Origin: a virus
Virus genome (UHGV): UHGV-0286546
DNA: 64,000 nucleotides
Reading direction: 5' to 3' (one strand)
Made by a program: the position numbers and the translations under genes. Of this stretch, positions 46,665 through 57,220 are shown piece by piece (positions within the stretch are counted from its first letter, which is position 1; every line of letters starts with the position of its first letter). The notes beneath the pieces are model-generated. The model ran no database searches, was not told the DNA's origin, and worked only from the letters and a program-made list of their open reading frames with translations.

Positions 46665-49022
46665 TTATGAATACATTAAAGTTTGAGCAAAATCACCAAC
46701 AGGATAAATATCTTTTTCGTTACCAGAAGTAGTAATGTTATTAATAATCGTCGGTGCAGCATTTCCAGAGAATCCACCAGAACTACCTATAGAAGCTGTA
46801 ACTTGTGCATTCTGATTATCCATTCCACTTAATTCTATAGCTTTCATACTATTTAGTTGAGCCATTTGATCACTGCTTCTTTCTTCATTTGATGCTACTT
46901 TAGTAGTTTTAATCGATTCTTGTGGATTTTCTGCATATTTACCGTTAATCATAGTAGCAACTCTTCCTTGTTTTGGCGCATTTTCATCATATTCTACATG
47001 CAACCATTGTGTACTACCAGATCTTTCTGCGATTGCTCTACTAAAAGGAATACCGTTATTCTGCATAATTTGGATTAAACCGTTCGGAGAAATACCATTA
47101 GCCTGAATATCCATAGCTTTACCGGTCAAGTGTCTAGATCGTTTTGCACCACCTACAGCTCTATTATAATCAGGGTCACGATAAGAACTTGTAATTCTCA
47201 ATCCTTTATCGTCACCATACTCTTGTTTAATAGCGGTTTGTAAAGGATTAATTACATTAGATTTAACGGCGTCTATATTATTTTGAATTTGTCCTGGAAT
47301 ACGTTTATTTCTACTAATTGAGGCATTTAAAGGTACATCGCCTTCTGCAACATTTGTATTAGGACCAACGGGCTGTCCTTGTATAACTTCACCACCACGA
47401 GCTTCTTCTTTTGTCCAAGCAGGAAATTCTCTTTTCTTTGGTCTAACTTTACCCTTTCTATATTGAGGTTCTGTATTTTCTTGTGTTATTGGTAATGGTT
47501 TTGCTAATGCTGCAGATTTAGCCATCGTTTCTTTGCGTTCGGCTTCAGTCATTCCACCAGATAAAACATATGCCAAATCACCTACTTTGTCTCCAATCCA
47601 ATCTCCAGCGACAGCAGCCATTTTAGAAGGATTAAGCCAATCCCAACCTCCCCAATTCTTTTTATAACCTTCTACAGTATTAGATACACCGTCCGTTATA
47701 AAATCTTTAAGAACTGAACCGGTTTGTATTAATGATCCAAGCGCTCCGGCAGCTTTGGCAGCAACTTTAGCAACATTTCCAACCCCAGTACCTAAAAAAT
47801 TTTTAATACCAGAAAACAGTCCTTTACTTAAATTTGTAATACTTGGAACAAAGCCTTTAAATACTTGTAATATTTTTAATGGTAATCCTTTAAATATATT
47901 TAAAATCTGAGTTGGTAACTTAATAAAAGATTTTAATGCAGTTGAACCCATATTCCATAATTTTTTACCGAATACTTTTATCAAAGCTAATGTGGACAAC
48001 AATTTAGTCAAAAAGCTTTCTTCATCCTTTTTTTCTTCAGGTAAGCCTTGCTTTATATCTTTTTTATTTTTTATAGCATCTGCAATTATTTTTACATTAG
48101 CAACGAGTTCTTTTAATTCTGTATTTTCAGTTGCAGAAGAGGTTTTACCAGCTGTTTTTTTATTTATACCAAAGGCCTTATCTAAAAGTTTATTCTTAAT
48201 ACCACCAAAAACACCACCTAATAAACCTGTAAATAATTTATCTAAACCTAAAGCATTAATAACAGCAGGATTTAAAATACCACCTGTAGCTAAAGATAAT
48301 GCAGTACTAGCAACAAACCCACCTTTAGCTTCTTTTATACCTCTAACTGTACTACCAAGCGTACTATTTTCCCATTCAGCTTTTCTTAATTCTTTATTTA
48401 TTCTAATCTCTTTTAATCTTGTTTCTTTATCATAATTTTGTAGATCTTTGCTGCTTTTATATAGATTTAATTGACTTCTAATAAGACTTATTTCTTTTGC
48501 TTGTCTAGATAATTGTTTATCAGACATTTTAGAAACGCCTCGATAATTAACAAATAAATCTTTTGATACCATCTGTGAAAATTCTTTGATGGTTTTATCA
48601 TTTTTATTGTTTTTTAAGCGTTTAACAAGTTCACTTATCGATTTTATAGAAGTTTCTTGAGCTTTTGCCAGTGCTTCTATAGATTTTTGTAGTTTTACGT
48701 CTACTTTTGCGCGTTCTGTTACTTCGACTTTGGTTTCTGAACCTGCAACTGGCTTAAAATCGAGACTATTTAATTTTTTTGTTAAATCATTGATACCAGA
48801 GGTAAGTTTTTTTAAATCACTGCTACTACTTTTTGTATCTTTGAGTGATTTATCTAGCTTTTCAATAACAGAAGTTTGTTTTTTAGTAGCTTTTTTTTGT
48901 TCCTGAGTCTGTTTTGTAAGCTCAGTAATAGCAGAAGACAAGGAGCCTAACTGTTCCTTTAAGTCAGGCTCTTTATCTGGTACATTAATCTCAGTTTTAT
49001 CCGAATTTATTGTATTTTTCAT
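46665..49022 (-). CDS. Tape measure-like protein with a C-terminal M15-family peptidoglycan peptidase domain.
   Basis: N-terminal coiled coil. Central Gly-rich membrane-like repeats (GGILNPAVINALGL, LLGGVFGGIKNK, VGNVAKVAAKAAGALGSL). The C-terminal M15 signature is SRHLTGKAMDI (SxHxxGxAxD) plus WLHVEYDE. Confidence 0.6.
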   Translation of the reverse strand: MKNTINSDKTEINVPDKEPDLKEQLGSLSSAITELTKQTQEQKKATKKQTSVIEKLDKSLKDTKSSSSDLKKLTSGINDLTKKLNSLDFKPVAGSETKVEVTERAKVDVKLQKSIEALAKAQETSIKSISELVKRLKNNKNDKTIKEFSQMVSKDLFVNYRGVSKMSDKQLSRQAKEISLIRSQLNLYKSSKDLQNYDKETRLKEIRINKELRKAEWENSTLGSTVRGIKEAKGGFVASTALSLATGGILNPAVINALGLDKLFTGLLGGVFGGIKNKLLDKAFGINKKTAGKTSSATENTELKELVANVKIIADAIKNKKDIKQGLPEEKKDEESFLTKLLSTLALIKVFGKKLWNMGSTALKSFIKLPTQILNIFKGLPLKILQVFKGFVPSITNLSKGLFSGIKNFLGTGVGNVAKVAAKAAGALGSLIQTGSVLKDFITDGVSNTVEGYKKNWGGWDWLNPSKMAAVAGDWIGDKVGDLAYVLSGGMTEAERKETMAKSAALAKPLPITQENTEPQYRKGKVRPKKREFPAWTKEEARGGEVIQGQPVGPNTNVAEGDVPLNASISRNKRIPGQIQNNIDAVKSNVINPLQTAIKQEYGDDKGLRITSSYRDPDYNRAVGGAKRSRHLTGKAMDIQANGISPNGLIQIMQNNGIPFSRAIAERSGSTQWLHVEYDENAPKQGRVATMINGKYAENPQESIKTTKVASNEERSSDQMAQLNSMKAIELSGMDNQNAQVTASIGSSGGFSGNAAPTIINNITTSGNEKDIYPVGDFAQTLMYS

Positions 49023-49168
49023 TCTGTTCTTGCTCTATATCAATTAAATGTTGCGTATGCCTATTATAAAACCACTCTACATATTCCCAAGGCATGTTTG
49101 CAACATCCTGATATCCTAGCTTCAAGTGATACATTAACCACCACTCTCGTTCTAGAATATCATTTATA

Positions 49169-49900
49169 TCAAATCGCGGAAAAAAAGTCTTCTAGGGTCA
49201 AATAATAGCCTCTAGATTCCTCCTTTCCACACTTAGGACATGTAATTTTGATTTCCTCTTTAACACCCCAAACAGCTTTAGTAAACCATTCTTCGATTGC
49301 AGTAATATCCGCAGCAGTAATTTCATCCTCTTCTGCTAATTTATACATTTCTTCCAAAGATTTACCATTAGAGACAATGCACAAATCTAATAACAACAAT
49401 CTAAGCTGAAGATCTGTCTTATCCATACCATGTTTAGCCATAAAATTATCAATGACTAAATCGTCTCCGACTGTTTTATTACGAATTTCTGTTGTACCTA
49501 ATTTTTCTAATTCAATTTCAGTGATTAAACCTTCAATATCATCTGGTGTATAAATTGCTAAGTCACCCATATTTAAAGCAAACTTAACTTCTTCGCCACA
49601 TTCTTCATTTGTACACTTAAATCTCAATCTAATCGGATATTTAGAATATGTAACAAATCTAATACGATATAAGATATACTGTAAATCAAACCAGAATAAC
49701 TCTTCGAATGTCATCTCTGGATTATCAAATGTAACCAACTTCTTAATAAAGTTCAGATAATCTCGACTCGAATCCTGTTCTTTCTGTGCAAGTGAAATAA
49801 TATACTTCTGTTCAATTGGAGTAATCTTTCTAATACTTACACTGAAAGGTTTTTTATATAAAATTTTTCCTGGTAAATCAATAGCTATATATTCTGCCAT
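49169..49900 (-). CDS. Hypothetical tail-module protein with zinc-ribbon Cys pairs.
   Basis: CTNEECGEE...CPKCGKEE. Confidence 0.5.
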   Translation of the reverse strand: MAEYIAIDLPGKILYKKPFSVSIRKITPIEQKYIISLAQKEQDSSRDYLNFIKKLVTFDNPEMTFEELFWFDLQYILYRIRFVTYSKYPIRLRFKCTNEECGEEVKFALNMGDLAIYTPDDIEGLITEIELEKLGTTEIRNKTVGDDLVIDNFMAKHGMDKTDLQLRLLLLDLCIVSNGKSLEEMYKLAEEDEITAADITAIEEWFTKAVWGVKEEIKITCPKCGKEESRGYYLTLEDFFSAI

Positions 49901-49920
49901 TTTTCTTTTCTCCTTTTTTA

Positions 49921-50649
49921 TTAACCGTAAACATCAGTTGAATCATAGCCATTGTCACCTTTTCCGGTAAAGCCTGTTATGATTCTATCTCCAACACTCA
50001 TCGGAGATCCAACAAGCTCCATAGCAATAGCTTTATTCTTCATTGCCGAATCGAATATAACTTTATCCATTTTAAACTTTGCTGTTAAAGTTAATCTTTT
50101 TGGATCCATTGTATATTCTAATTTATAACTATCCTGTAAATATGGAAAACATCCTTTTAATGTATAATGCGCAGTACTTGTCCACGGAGTATTAACACCA
50201 CCAGGACCTGTAAAGTAAATCTCAATATCCTTTTTATAAAACTTCATCGGATAATAATATTCACCTTCATCATTAAAAATCAACTTTTTCCATGATTCAA
50301 GATAATACTGTGTCAACATACCGGATGAACAGAAAAAAGTAATAGAAACATCTTGATAATTCTGTATATCATCTGGAATATTACACCAACCGGTACGTAC
50401 TCGTCTTGTACTAGTTCCAAAGTTTCTAACTCCAAAAACTATATTTTCAACAATAGGAGTATATGCACTAAATGCATTAGATATACCACCAGATATATTA
50501 TTCCATGCTCCTTTTAAACTTGTCCAATCATTATCGGTATTTTGATAGGTATTGTTTAAGTATAAAGTAGGCATAACAACTTCAAAATTATTATTAAGCT
50601 GTTCGTCCGGAATACTATCTACTTGTAACTGACTTTGAAAACGAAGCAT
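49921..50649 (-). CDS. Hypothetical tail/baseplate protein.
   Basis: 242-aa ORF between the gp19-family gene and the tape measure gene. Confidence 0.5.
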   Translation of the reverse strand: MLRFQSQLQVDSIPDEQLNNNFEVVMPTLYLNNTYQNTDNDWTSLKGAWNNISGGISNAFSAYTPIVENIVFGVRNFGTSTRRVRTGWCNIPDDIQNYQDVSITFFCSSGMLTQYYLESWKKLIFNDEGEYYYPMKFYKKDIEIYFTGPGGVNTPWTSTAHYTLKGCFPYLQDSYKLEYTMDPKRLTLTAKFKMDKVIFDSAMKNKAIAMELVGSPMSVGDRIITGFTGKGDNGYDSTDVYG

Positions 50650-50660
50650 ATTATTACCTT

Positions 50661-51272
50661 CTAACTGAATAACCTAAAAATTGAATACGAATTATCAGCA
50701 AAGTAATCATAATTAAAATCTATATCTACTGATACTGGTTCAGAGCTACTAGGATTAATTGTACTTACTTTATACCCAATCGGATAGAACCCTTTTAACC
50801 AAATAGTACGTTTATCTAATTCTTTTCCTGTATATGGATCTCTTACACCTCCGCCCATAATAACTTGAGCATCTGTAACATAGGCAGTTCTTGGTACACG
50901 TGTTCCTAAAATTGGACTATGAATTAAATCACACCACGCACAAATAATATTCAATACACTACCTTCAAAATCTTCTGTAACTTGACAATGCCATGTACCA
51001 GATTTGTCTTGTATTGTACCGCTTGTTCTTTTATGTGTACCTAAAACCAATTCACTTTTTTTTATTTGAGAACCAGGATAAGAAAAGGATGTACAGCGTA
51101 AACGTAAAGTCAACGCATCTGCCACTTTTTCATTACCAGATATTTTACCCGCTACTTTCTGTGTTAATTTAGCTAACAATAAACCTGGGGTATCTGATAT
51201 TATAAATTCAACTTGAGATTGCTTTAAAGGATCTTGTAATCCACGTATCTCGCTTAACTGTCGTAATGCCAT
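50661..51272 (-). CDS. gp19-family protein (tail tube or tube-initiator gp48/gp54-like), paralog of 16585..17136.
   Basis: LRLRCTSFSYPGSQIKKSELVLGTHKRTSGTIQDKSGTWHCQVTEDF...NIICAW is collinear with LRCQTFGLPKITGDKTVVQWGGFERRYAGKQTRAGDWTCTFTEVW...FKVW of the plus-strand tube gene. Confidence 0.55.
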   Translation of the reverse strand: MALRQLSEIRGLQDPLKQSQVEFIISDTPGLLLAKLTQKVAGKISGNEKVADALTLRLRCTSFSYPGSQIKKSELVLGTHKRTSGTIQDKSGTWHCQVTEDFEGSVLNIICAWCDLIHSPILGTRVPRTAYVTDAQVIMGGGVRDPYTGKELDKRTIWLKGFYPIGYKVSTINPSSSEPVSVDIDFNYDYFADNSYSIFRLFS

Positions 51273-51308
51273 ATTATATATAAATAAAAAGGGAAAGATT
51301 ACTAAATA

Positions 51309-51327
51309 TATACTTACTATTTAGAAC
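51309..51327 (-). promoter_or_regulatory. GTTCTA-box element on the minus strand (AGTTCTAAATAGTAAGTAT).
   Basis: 50 nt upstream of ORF 50661..51272. Confidence 0.35.
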
Positions 51328-51360
51328 TAATTCCCTCTATAACAAGCAAAATAAATAAAA

Positions 51361-51726
51361 TTAAATTATATAAGGCAAATACCAATCATACTTAGAATAA
51401 AGTTTTGCTAATTGCTTTATATTTGTACATTTTCGATAGTCATTAAAAATTTTTTTGTTTATTATATCTACATCAGCATAAGCGTATTGACCTGTTATAC
51501 GAATTAATGCATAACGCTTTTCTTTTATAAACAATTTAAATTCTGGATCTTTTTCATACTCGATGTCTATAAATTGCTCATCACTAGAAAAAATGGTGTA
51601 CTTAGGAAAACCATACATTTTCGATATATCACTCACTTCTTCTAATTCTTCACCGTCTTCAAAAAATACTTTAACATAAAAACACTTGTGATATTGATAT
51701 ATTGCAGATTTATTAACTTTGGCCAC
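51361..51726 (-). CDS. Hypothetical protein.
   Basis: 121-aa ORF. Confidence 0.5.
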   Translation of the reverse strand: MAKVNKSAIYQYHKCFYVKVFFEDGEELEEVSDISKMYGFPKYTIFSSDEQFIDIEYEKDPEFKLFIKEKRYALIRITGQYAYADVDIINKKIFNDYRKCTNIKQLAKLYSKYDWYLPYII

Positions 51727-51744
51727 GCTCTGCTCCTTTTCTCT

Positions 51745-51783
51745 ACGTAATAAAAAATCCTACACTTTATTATGCAGGATTTT
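51745..51783 (-). terminator. Rho-independent terminator (minus strand) after ORF 51811..52617.
   Basis: Minus-strand reading AAAATCCTGC-ATAATAAA-GTAGGATTTT followed by TTATTACG (T-rich). Confidence 0.5.
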
Positions 51784-51810
51784 AATTTATTGTAAAGACA
51801 TTATTTTCAA

Positions 51811-52617
51811 TTATGACCACTGAGCTTGATGTAATATACTGTGATTCTGTATACTTTCAACCTGTTCAGTTAATTTTTCAAGTCTACGCTGTAAAGCCTC
51901 AGTATGAATTTTGAAATCACCATCAAATTCTACACCATCACGAGCTTGAATAATGGACTCGATAAATCTCTTAGAAATAAACTTACATAAAAAGTCTACT
52001 TTACTCATTTCGACATATTCTGGTGATGTAAATCCGATTGCGCCTTCTAACTCAATCTGACCAAAACCAAATGGCGCCAATATTTCTAATCTATTCTGCG
52101 ATCTATTTACCCAACATCTAGGCTGACCTGTAGAAAGATCGTCCATCGTATTACTTAAAATCGTATCCATAATGTTGTAATTACTAAATCCTGCAGAACC
52201 AGTAATCTGAAAACCAAACATCTGTTTCTCGAATAATGATGGATTAGAGTAATTCGACCAGTATGGACGCTCTGCTCTAATGATACCAAGGAAGTAGGCG
52301 TTTTTTAGTTGATCTTCTGGTATTTTTGGAGAGCCACCTGTGAGGAAGGTATCGAAGGGAATATACATACCTCCGTTATCGAGCATTGGAGGAGTAAGAC
52401 CTGCCCAGTCGAAGCTTGTTTTACCACCGCCGGAAGAGTTATAGGTAGTGCAATAGACGACTCTGAGAGGGAAGGACCTAAAGTAATCGAGGGTACCGAG
52501 TGCAATGGCATCTTCTTTGAGTAAGCCTTCTTTATCGGAAATAGACAGGTTAGGATTAGCAAGGTCTAAATTGATTGCTCTGTCTATGATTTCTCGGATT
52601 GGAGTGAAGTTTGCCAT
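51811..52617 (-). CDS. Hypothetical structural-module protein.
   Basis: 268-aa ORF. Confidence 0.5.
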   Translation of the reverse strand: MANFTPIREIIDRAINLDLANPNLSISDKEGLLKEDAIALGTLDYFRSFPLRVVYCTTYNSSGGGKTSFDWAGLTPPMLDNGGMYIPFDTFLTGGSPKIPEDQLKNAYFLGIIRAERPYWSNYSNPSLFEKQMFGFQITGSAGFSNYNIMDTILSNTMDDLSTGQPRCWVNRSQNRLEILAPFGFGQIELEGAIGFTSPEYVEMSKVDFLCKFISKRFIESIIQARDGVEFDGDFKIHTEALQRRLEKLTEQVESIQNHSILHQAQWS

Positions 52618-52636
52618 ATCATGTTTTCCTTAATTA

Positions 52637-53062
52637 TTAGAGAACACTGTTATAATAGTCACTACGTAATTCAGCTTCCCAGTCAGCAGAAGATAAATCG
52701 AGAGGGTTTGACGAAGCATTTGATAAAGAAGTGATAAGATTTGTTTTATCAGCTTCTGTCATATAAGGTAAGATGTCAAATTTAGCTTCATTATAATTTT
52801 CGAGTTGTACTAAATCTAAACTATCAATTTCTTCATCACCGTAATCATCAATTGTAGTTACTTCAACATAAACATCGGATTCGAATCTTTGGATACCATC
52901 TTTAACATAAAAGTCATCTTCACTATATCCGTTGTCAAGTAAAAAGGTGCGTAATTGAACATGTTCTTCATCCATAGGAATATTTACAGTCCAAGTGCCA
53001 CTTTTATGATCGTAGGTGTATTCTTTTAATGCTTTTTCAACCAGTGCTCTAAACTTACTCAT
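52637..53062 (-). CDS. Hypothetical acidic protein.
   Basis: 141 aa, D/E-rich. Confidence 0.5.
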   Translation of the reverse strand: MSKFRALVEKALKEYTYDHKSGTWTVNIPMDEEHVQLRTFLLDNGYSEDDFYVKDGIQRFESDVYVEVTTIDDYGDEEIDSLDLVQLENYNEAKFDILPYMTEADKTNLITSLSNASSNPLDLSSADWEAELRSDYYNSVL

Positions 53063-53080
53063 TATATATGTACCTTGTTT

Positions 53081-54664
53081 TTAATTGTTAAACCAGTCGC
53101 GTGTAATTTGTTTATATGGATTTGAGAAGCGTAATCCTGTTGTACCAGGTTTTGTTCTTGGATTATCTTCAAATGGAATAAAGATTTGATAAGAGATACC
53201 GTTAAATCCATTGCTTGTTCTAATGGCCTTTACTTGATATCTGGGGTCTACTGCCTTCAATGCCTTATCGACTAATAGATTTCTCTTTTCGAATGACTGT
53301 GGGGCCAAAAAAAGTGCCTTTAAATCGATTCCTTCAAAGTCAGCAGAGTTAGTTCCTTCAATATAGCTCAAAGCGGCCAGAATTTCATCTTTTGTCAATG
53401 GATGGAATTTACCTGCACCACCAAGATTTGAACCCATATTTTGTTTACGAATTGAAGAGGCTTTATCCCATAAATCTAACTTAGGACTTTCGTTTTCTGG
53501 ACGCATTAAAATATCAATTAAATGTTGTGTAGGAATTTGAATTACACGTCCACCTTCATCATAATCTCTTATAAAGAAGTACTCAGGATTATCTAAGTTA
53601 CCGTCTTGAACACCAACGATTAAGAATTTACGTGTTGGTTCTTTATCTTCTTCTGGTAAATCACTGTTATCTTGAACGATGAAAGGAAGACTCATAAACT
53701 CAGGATTCAAACCTAATTTAATAAGAGTTTCTCTAACATCTCTTGCATCCTTATTTATATCTAACTTTTCAGCTTCATCTAATTCCTCAATAGCTTCTTT
53801 TGCAGTTAAAGGTACTCTTTTCATTGCTTGAGGAATAGTATAACCTTTTTTAGTTAATTTATATACATCTTGAATCTTAAATTTATCATAAGAATCAAAA
53901 TCATATAAATCTTTGTTTTCTTCATACCACTGAGCAAAGGCGGTTCTCATATTAGTTTTAGCAACGCCGTATTTGAATGCCCAGTCTGCAGGGTCTTCCG
54001 ATTCACCTTTTAATAAATGATCGTAAATGTTTCTGTTTAAAGGTGATTTAATAATTTCAAGAAAACGTTTGGCAGGCATTTCCATAATTTCGCCGTCTTT
54101 AATAAACTGTCTACCATCTTCTGTTTCATCTACTAATTTTGTAACTACTTTTACTTTACCACTATCTAAATTCTTTTTATCGATACCTTGCAGTTGGAAA
54201 ACAATTTTATCACCGGCTTTTGTTTCATAACGCCAAAGTCTCTTGCTGTATAAAATGTTTGGATGAATACCATATTTAATCAGTTGAGTTAATTCTTCAT
54301 CACTGATTGCATTTTTATATCCATAATAAATAGAAGGGTCTGCAATATCTTGATGTCTTGGTAATTTGACATTAGCTTCTATAATTTTATTACATTTTTC
54401 TCTAAAGCTCGTGTTTTTCTTAGATTCAATCATTTTTTCTAATCTATCCTTTGCAGAAGCTAAATATTCATGTGGTTTTTCATTATAACCATCTTTAGGC
54501 TTCATATAATTGTTTAAAGTACGTAAAGCCAATTCTTCGTCACCTTTACAATCTTTAACTAATCCATCAACAAAGCCTTCAACAGGAAGCTTAAATAAAT
54601 CTCTAGAAATACCAAGAAATGCGTCTTTTCTTGTTTCTAATTCAGATTCTTTAGTTGTTTGCAT
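53081..54664 (-). CDS. Hypothetical protein (527 aa), translationally coupled to the upstream nucleotidyltransferase-domain gene.
   Basis: Its start overlaps the stop of the 844-aa gene (ATGA at 54664). Mixed alpha/beta, enzyme-like composition. No confident family. Confidence 0.55.
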   Translation of the reverse strand: MQTTKESELETRKDAFLGISRDLFKLPVEGFVDGLVKDCKGDEELALRTLNNYMKPKDGYNEKPHEYLASAKDRLEKMIESKKNTSFREKCNKIIEANVKLPRHQDIADPSIYYGYKNAISDEELTQLIKYGIHPNILYSKRLWRYETKAGDKIVFQLQGIDKKNLDSGKVKVVTKLVDETEDGRQFIKDGEIMEMPAKRFLEIIKSPLNRNIYDHLLKGESEDPADWAFKYGVAKTNMRTAFAQWYEENKDLYDFDSYDKFKIQDVYKLTKKGYTIPQAMKRVPLTAKEAIEELDEAEKLDINKDARDVRETLIKLGLNPEFMSLPFIVQDNSDLPEEDKEPTRKFLIVGVQDGNLDNPEYFFIRDYDEGGRVIQIPTQHLIDILMRPENESPKLDLWDKASSIRKQNMGSNLGGAGKFHPLTKDEILAALSYIEGTNSADFEGIDLKALFLAPQSFEKRNLLVDKALKAVDPRYQVKAIRTSNGFNGISYQIFIPFEDNPRTKPGTTGLRFSNPYKQITRDWFNN

Positions 54665-57198
54665 TAGTCAATATCCTCCAGAGATTCTAATGATAATTCT
54701 TTACTTGCACTGTTATAATAAGCATCTTTTAATCTTGTAAGAAAACCCATATTACGTAATTTTTTAAATAAGGCATTACCTGCACCAAATTCGCCTTCTT
54801 TGGCAAGACTATCTTTACGTAATTGACCTAAAAATTTCCATAATTCACCAATTACAGAAGAGTCTTTACTTTGAATAGCATTTTCAATTTTACTTGTTAT
54901 ACTATTGAAAACAGGCATGTCAGGATCAGCTATTTCAATTTCTGCATTATTCGGTTGTTTTACCCATTGATCTTTTAATACAGAATAAATACCAGATGTA
55001 ACAAGTGGTTTATCTTTATTTTCTGCGCCTACTTCTACAGGAATACCTTTAATAGTAATCTTATAGTTGCTATTAAATACTTTTTTCGCTGCCTGCAAAT
55101 ATTTTTCTACAATTTCAGCATGTATACCAACGTTTTCAAAATCATAAACTAAATGTAAATCAATATCGCTTTGATCATTGTAGTTATAATTAGCGCAACT
55201 ACCTGTAAAATAAATATCAACAGGAGCAATAGGTAAATCTAAACTTTCTTCAAATTTATTAGCGACTTCGAGTAATGCAGCTTTAACGTCTTTTTTTAAT
55301 TTATCGTTTTCGAATAAATTTGGGTTTAATTCAGAATGTGTATAAGCTTCTTCCATACTATCTTCTGTTATTTTACCACCAACAGACATAATTCCACCTC
55401 GAACCATAGTATCTTGATTTTGTGGAGTAGTAATGGCAGCACTTACAACATCGTTTACAGCCGCTTCAGTTTTTGTAGGTTTTTCATTTAGCTTTTCTTT
55501 TGCTGCGGCATCTAACTTTCTGTAATATTCACTAGGACGTGCATTATAATAAGCTCTTACATCAACAATACTTTCTAATTCAGGTTTCTCTTTCATTGTA
55601 TTTTTGAAAATGTCAATATTCATTTTATTAACATCTTCTTCTGAAAAACCTTTATCCATATTTACAAGAAGTTGATTCATTGTACTTACAGCATCAGATT
55701 GTTTTATTGGATCGCTATGCCTACTGTTTACCTGTAAGTTATGTGTATCTAAATTATTTTTGCTTATATTTGCGTAGTTAGTACTTCTAGTAGGATTCAA
55801 TCTGACTTGTTTTTGAGGATTAATTACTTTTACAGGCTCTTGTTTATTCATTTTTTGATAAAGTCTTTGTAATTTAGCTTGATCTACATGTTTTTTATCC
55901 AATCTAGCTAAGAAAGAATCTTCAGAAGAACCACCGTGAATTGGATTACCTGGTACAGGAGTTCTGTTGTTTGAAATATCATTAAGTAATTTATCTTCGT
56001 AATTTTTCTGACCAAGAGGAGTATCTACATTATTTGTTTTAATGAGTTTACGTTCTTTTGCAGTCGCTTTAATTTGATTTAACTCTTGGTTTAATTCTCT
56101 TTGCATGGATCTCTGTTCATCTGGAGTCCATCTATTAACATGTGCGTATGCTTCTAAGTCCCAAAGTTGCTGCTTGATTTCTTTCATTCTAACTTGTTCT
56201 TCGGGAGTATATTTTATTGTATTATCATCAACAACAACTTTTAATTGTTTTCTGAGTGTAGCAATTTTTTGGTTAAGTGCCGCAATCTGTGTATGAATAC
56301 CGCGAATTTCTTCTGGACTTGCGCCTTGTTCTTTCTTTTCTTTGGCGAGGGCTAATAATTCTTTTACTTTATCACCTGACGCACGAACTTGTGTTGCTAA
56401 ACTATGTTGTAAATCACCACTATTAACAGTATCAACAAAATCAACATTTTTTACAACGTTTCTATAAATTGTACCTAATTGTTCAGTTGTCATAATATCA
56501 GGATTATGCCTGTCATCATCCAAGAACAAAGCGAGAGCTGGATATTTATCACCAAAACCATTTGTTTTATAATGATACCACAATTCACGAATAAATTTAG
56601 GATCGTTGAATTTTTTTAAACCTGTTGCACTATCTCTTGTTAAAATACTAGTAACAAATGGCTTATTTTTTCTTTTTTCTGGAATATTACCATTATAACC
56701 AACTGGGTAAACCTTTACTGTATGTTCTGTCGTATAATCTTCTTTACGAGCATTGTGTCTTCTTTCTAATTCTTCGTAATTAAAAGCTTCAATAAGTTTT
56801 TCGTTAGTCATAACAGATTCAAACCACCCATTAGTAGGCTTTCCTTTACTTTGCGGATCACCTTTTCTTGTTTCACGGTTGATACTAGGAATATCATTTA
56901 ATAATTTTACATAATAGTCAGATAATACATTATTACCACGCCATTTTGAAAAAGCAGTACTGAACATTAAATATGTAGTAATATCATCTGGAGCATTGTC
57001 TTCAATCCACTCAAAGATAGAAGATTCAAAACATTTACGAAGAATCAAACCGCGCTTTTTAGCTTTTTCATAGAAATCTTTTTTATCTCGAAACATACCT
57101 TTAATAATTTTAAAAGCATTATTTTCTTTATCGAGAACTATACCTGTATAAGATTCAAAATTGGATTTATCTGAATATTCTAAAAGATTATTATTCAT
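54664..57198 (-). CDS. Large protein (844 aa) with a central coiled coil and a C-terminal minimal nucleotidyltransferase (Pol-beta superfamily) domain.
   Basis: PVDIYFTGSCANYNYNDQSDIDLHLVYD matches the MNT hG[GS]x9-13Dh[DE]h motif. The coiled-coil region is GIHTQIAALNQKIATLRKQLK...QRELNQELNQIKATAKERK. Confidence 0.6.
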   Translation of the reverse strand: MNNNLLEYSDKSNFESYTGIVLDKENNAFKIIKGMFRDKKDFYEKAKKRGLILRKCFESSIFEWIEDNAPDDITTYLMFSTAFSKWRGNNVLSDYYVKLLNDIPSINRETRKGDPQSKGKPTNGWFESVMTNEKLIEAFNYEELERRHNARKEDYTTEHTVKVYPVGYNGNIPEKRKNKPFVTSILTRDSATGLKKFNDPKFIRELWYHYKTNGFGDKYPALALFLDDDRHNPDIMTTEQLGTIYRNVVKNVDFVDTVNSGDLQHSLATQVRASGDKVKELLALAKEKKEQGASPEEIRGIHTQIAALNQKIATLRKQLKVVVDDNTIKYTPEEQVRMKEIKQQLWDLEAYAHVNRWTPDEQRSMQRELNQELNQIKATAKERKLIKTNNVDTPLGQKNYEDKLLNDISNNRTPVPGNPIHGGSSEDSFLARLDKKHVDQAKLQRLYQKMNKQEPVKVINPQKQVRLNPTRSTNYANISKNNLDTHNLQVNSRHSDPIKQSDAVSTMNQLLVNMDKGFSEEDVNKMNIDIFKNTMKEKPELESIVDVRAYYNARPSEYYRKLDAAAKEKLNEKPTKTEAAVNDVVSAAITTPQNQDTMVRGGIMSVGGKITEDSMEEAYTHSELNPNLFENDKLKKDVKAALLEVANKFEESLDLPIAPVDIYFTGSCANYNYNDQSDIDLHLVYDFENVGIHAEIVEKYLQAAKKVFNSNYKITIKGIPVEVGAENKDKPLVTSGIYSVLKDQWVKQPNNAEIEIADPDMPVFNSITSKIENAIQSKDSSVIGELWKFLGQLRKDSLAKEGEFGAGNALFKKLRNMGFLTRLKDAYYNSASKELSLESLEDID

Positions 57199-57220
57199 TG
57201 TAATATCGTTTCCTAGTATG

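Noticed and set aside
53081-54664. 527-aa protein as an RNA/DNA ligase (KxDG motif), or as tail sheath by position.
   Set aside because: The nearest candidate, KPKDG, does not fit K-x-D-G, and no other ligase motifs were recognised. The composition is charged and alpha-rich, enzyme-like, unlike beta-rich sheath proteins. It was left as hypothetical.
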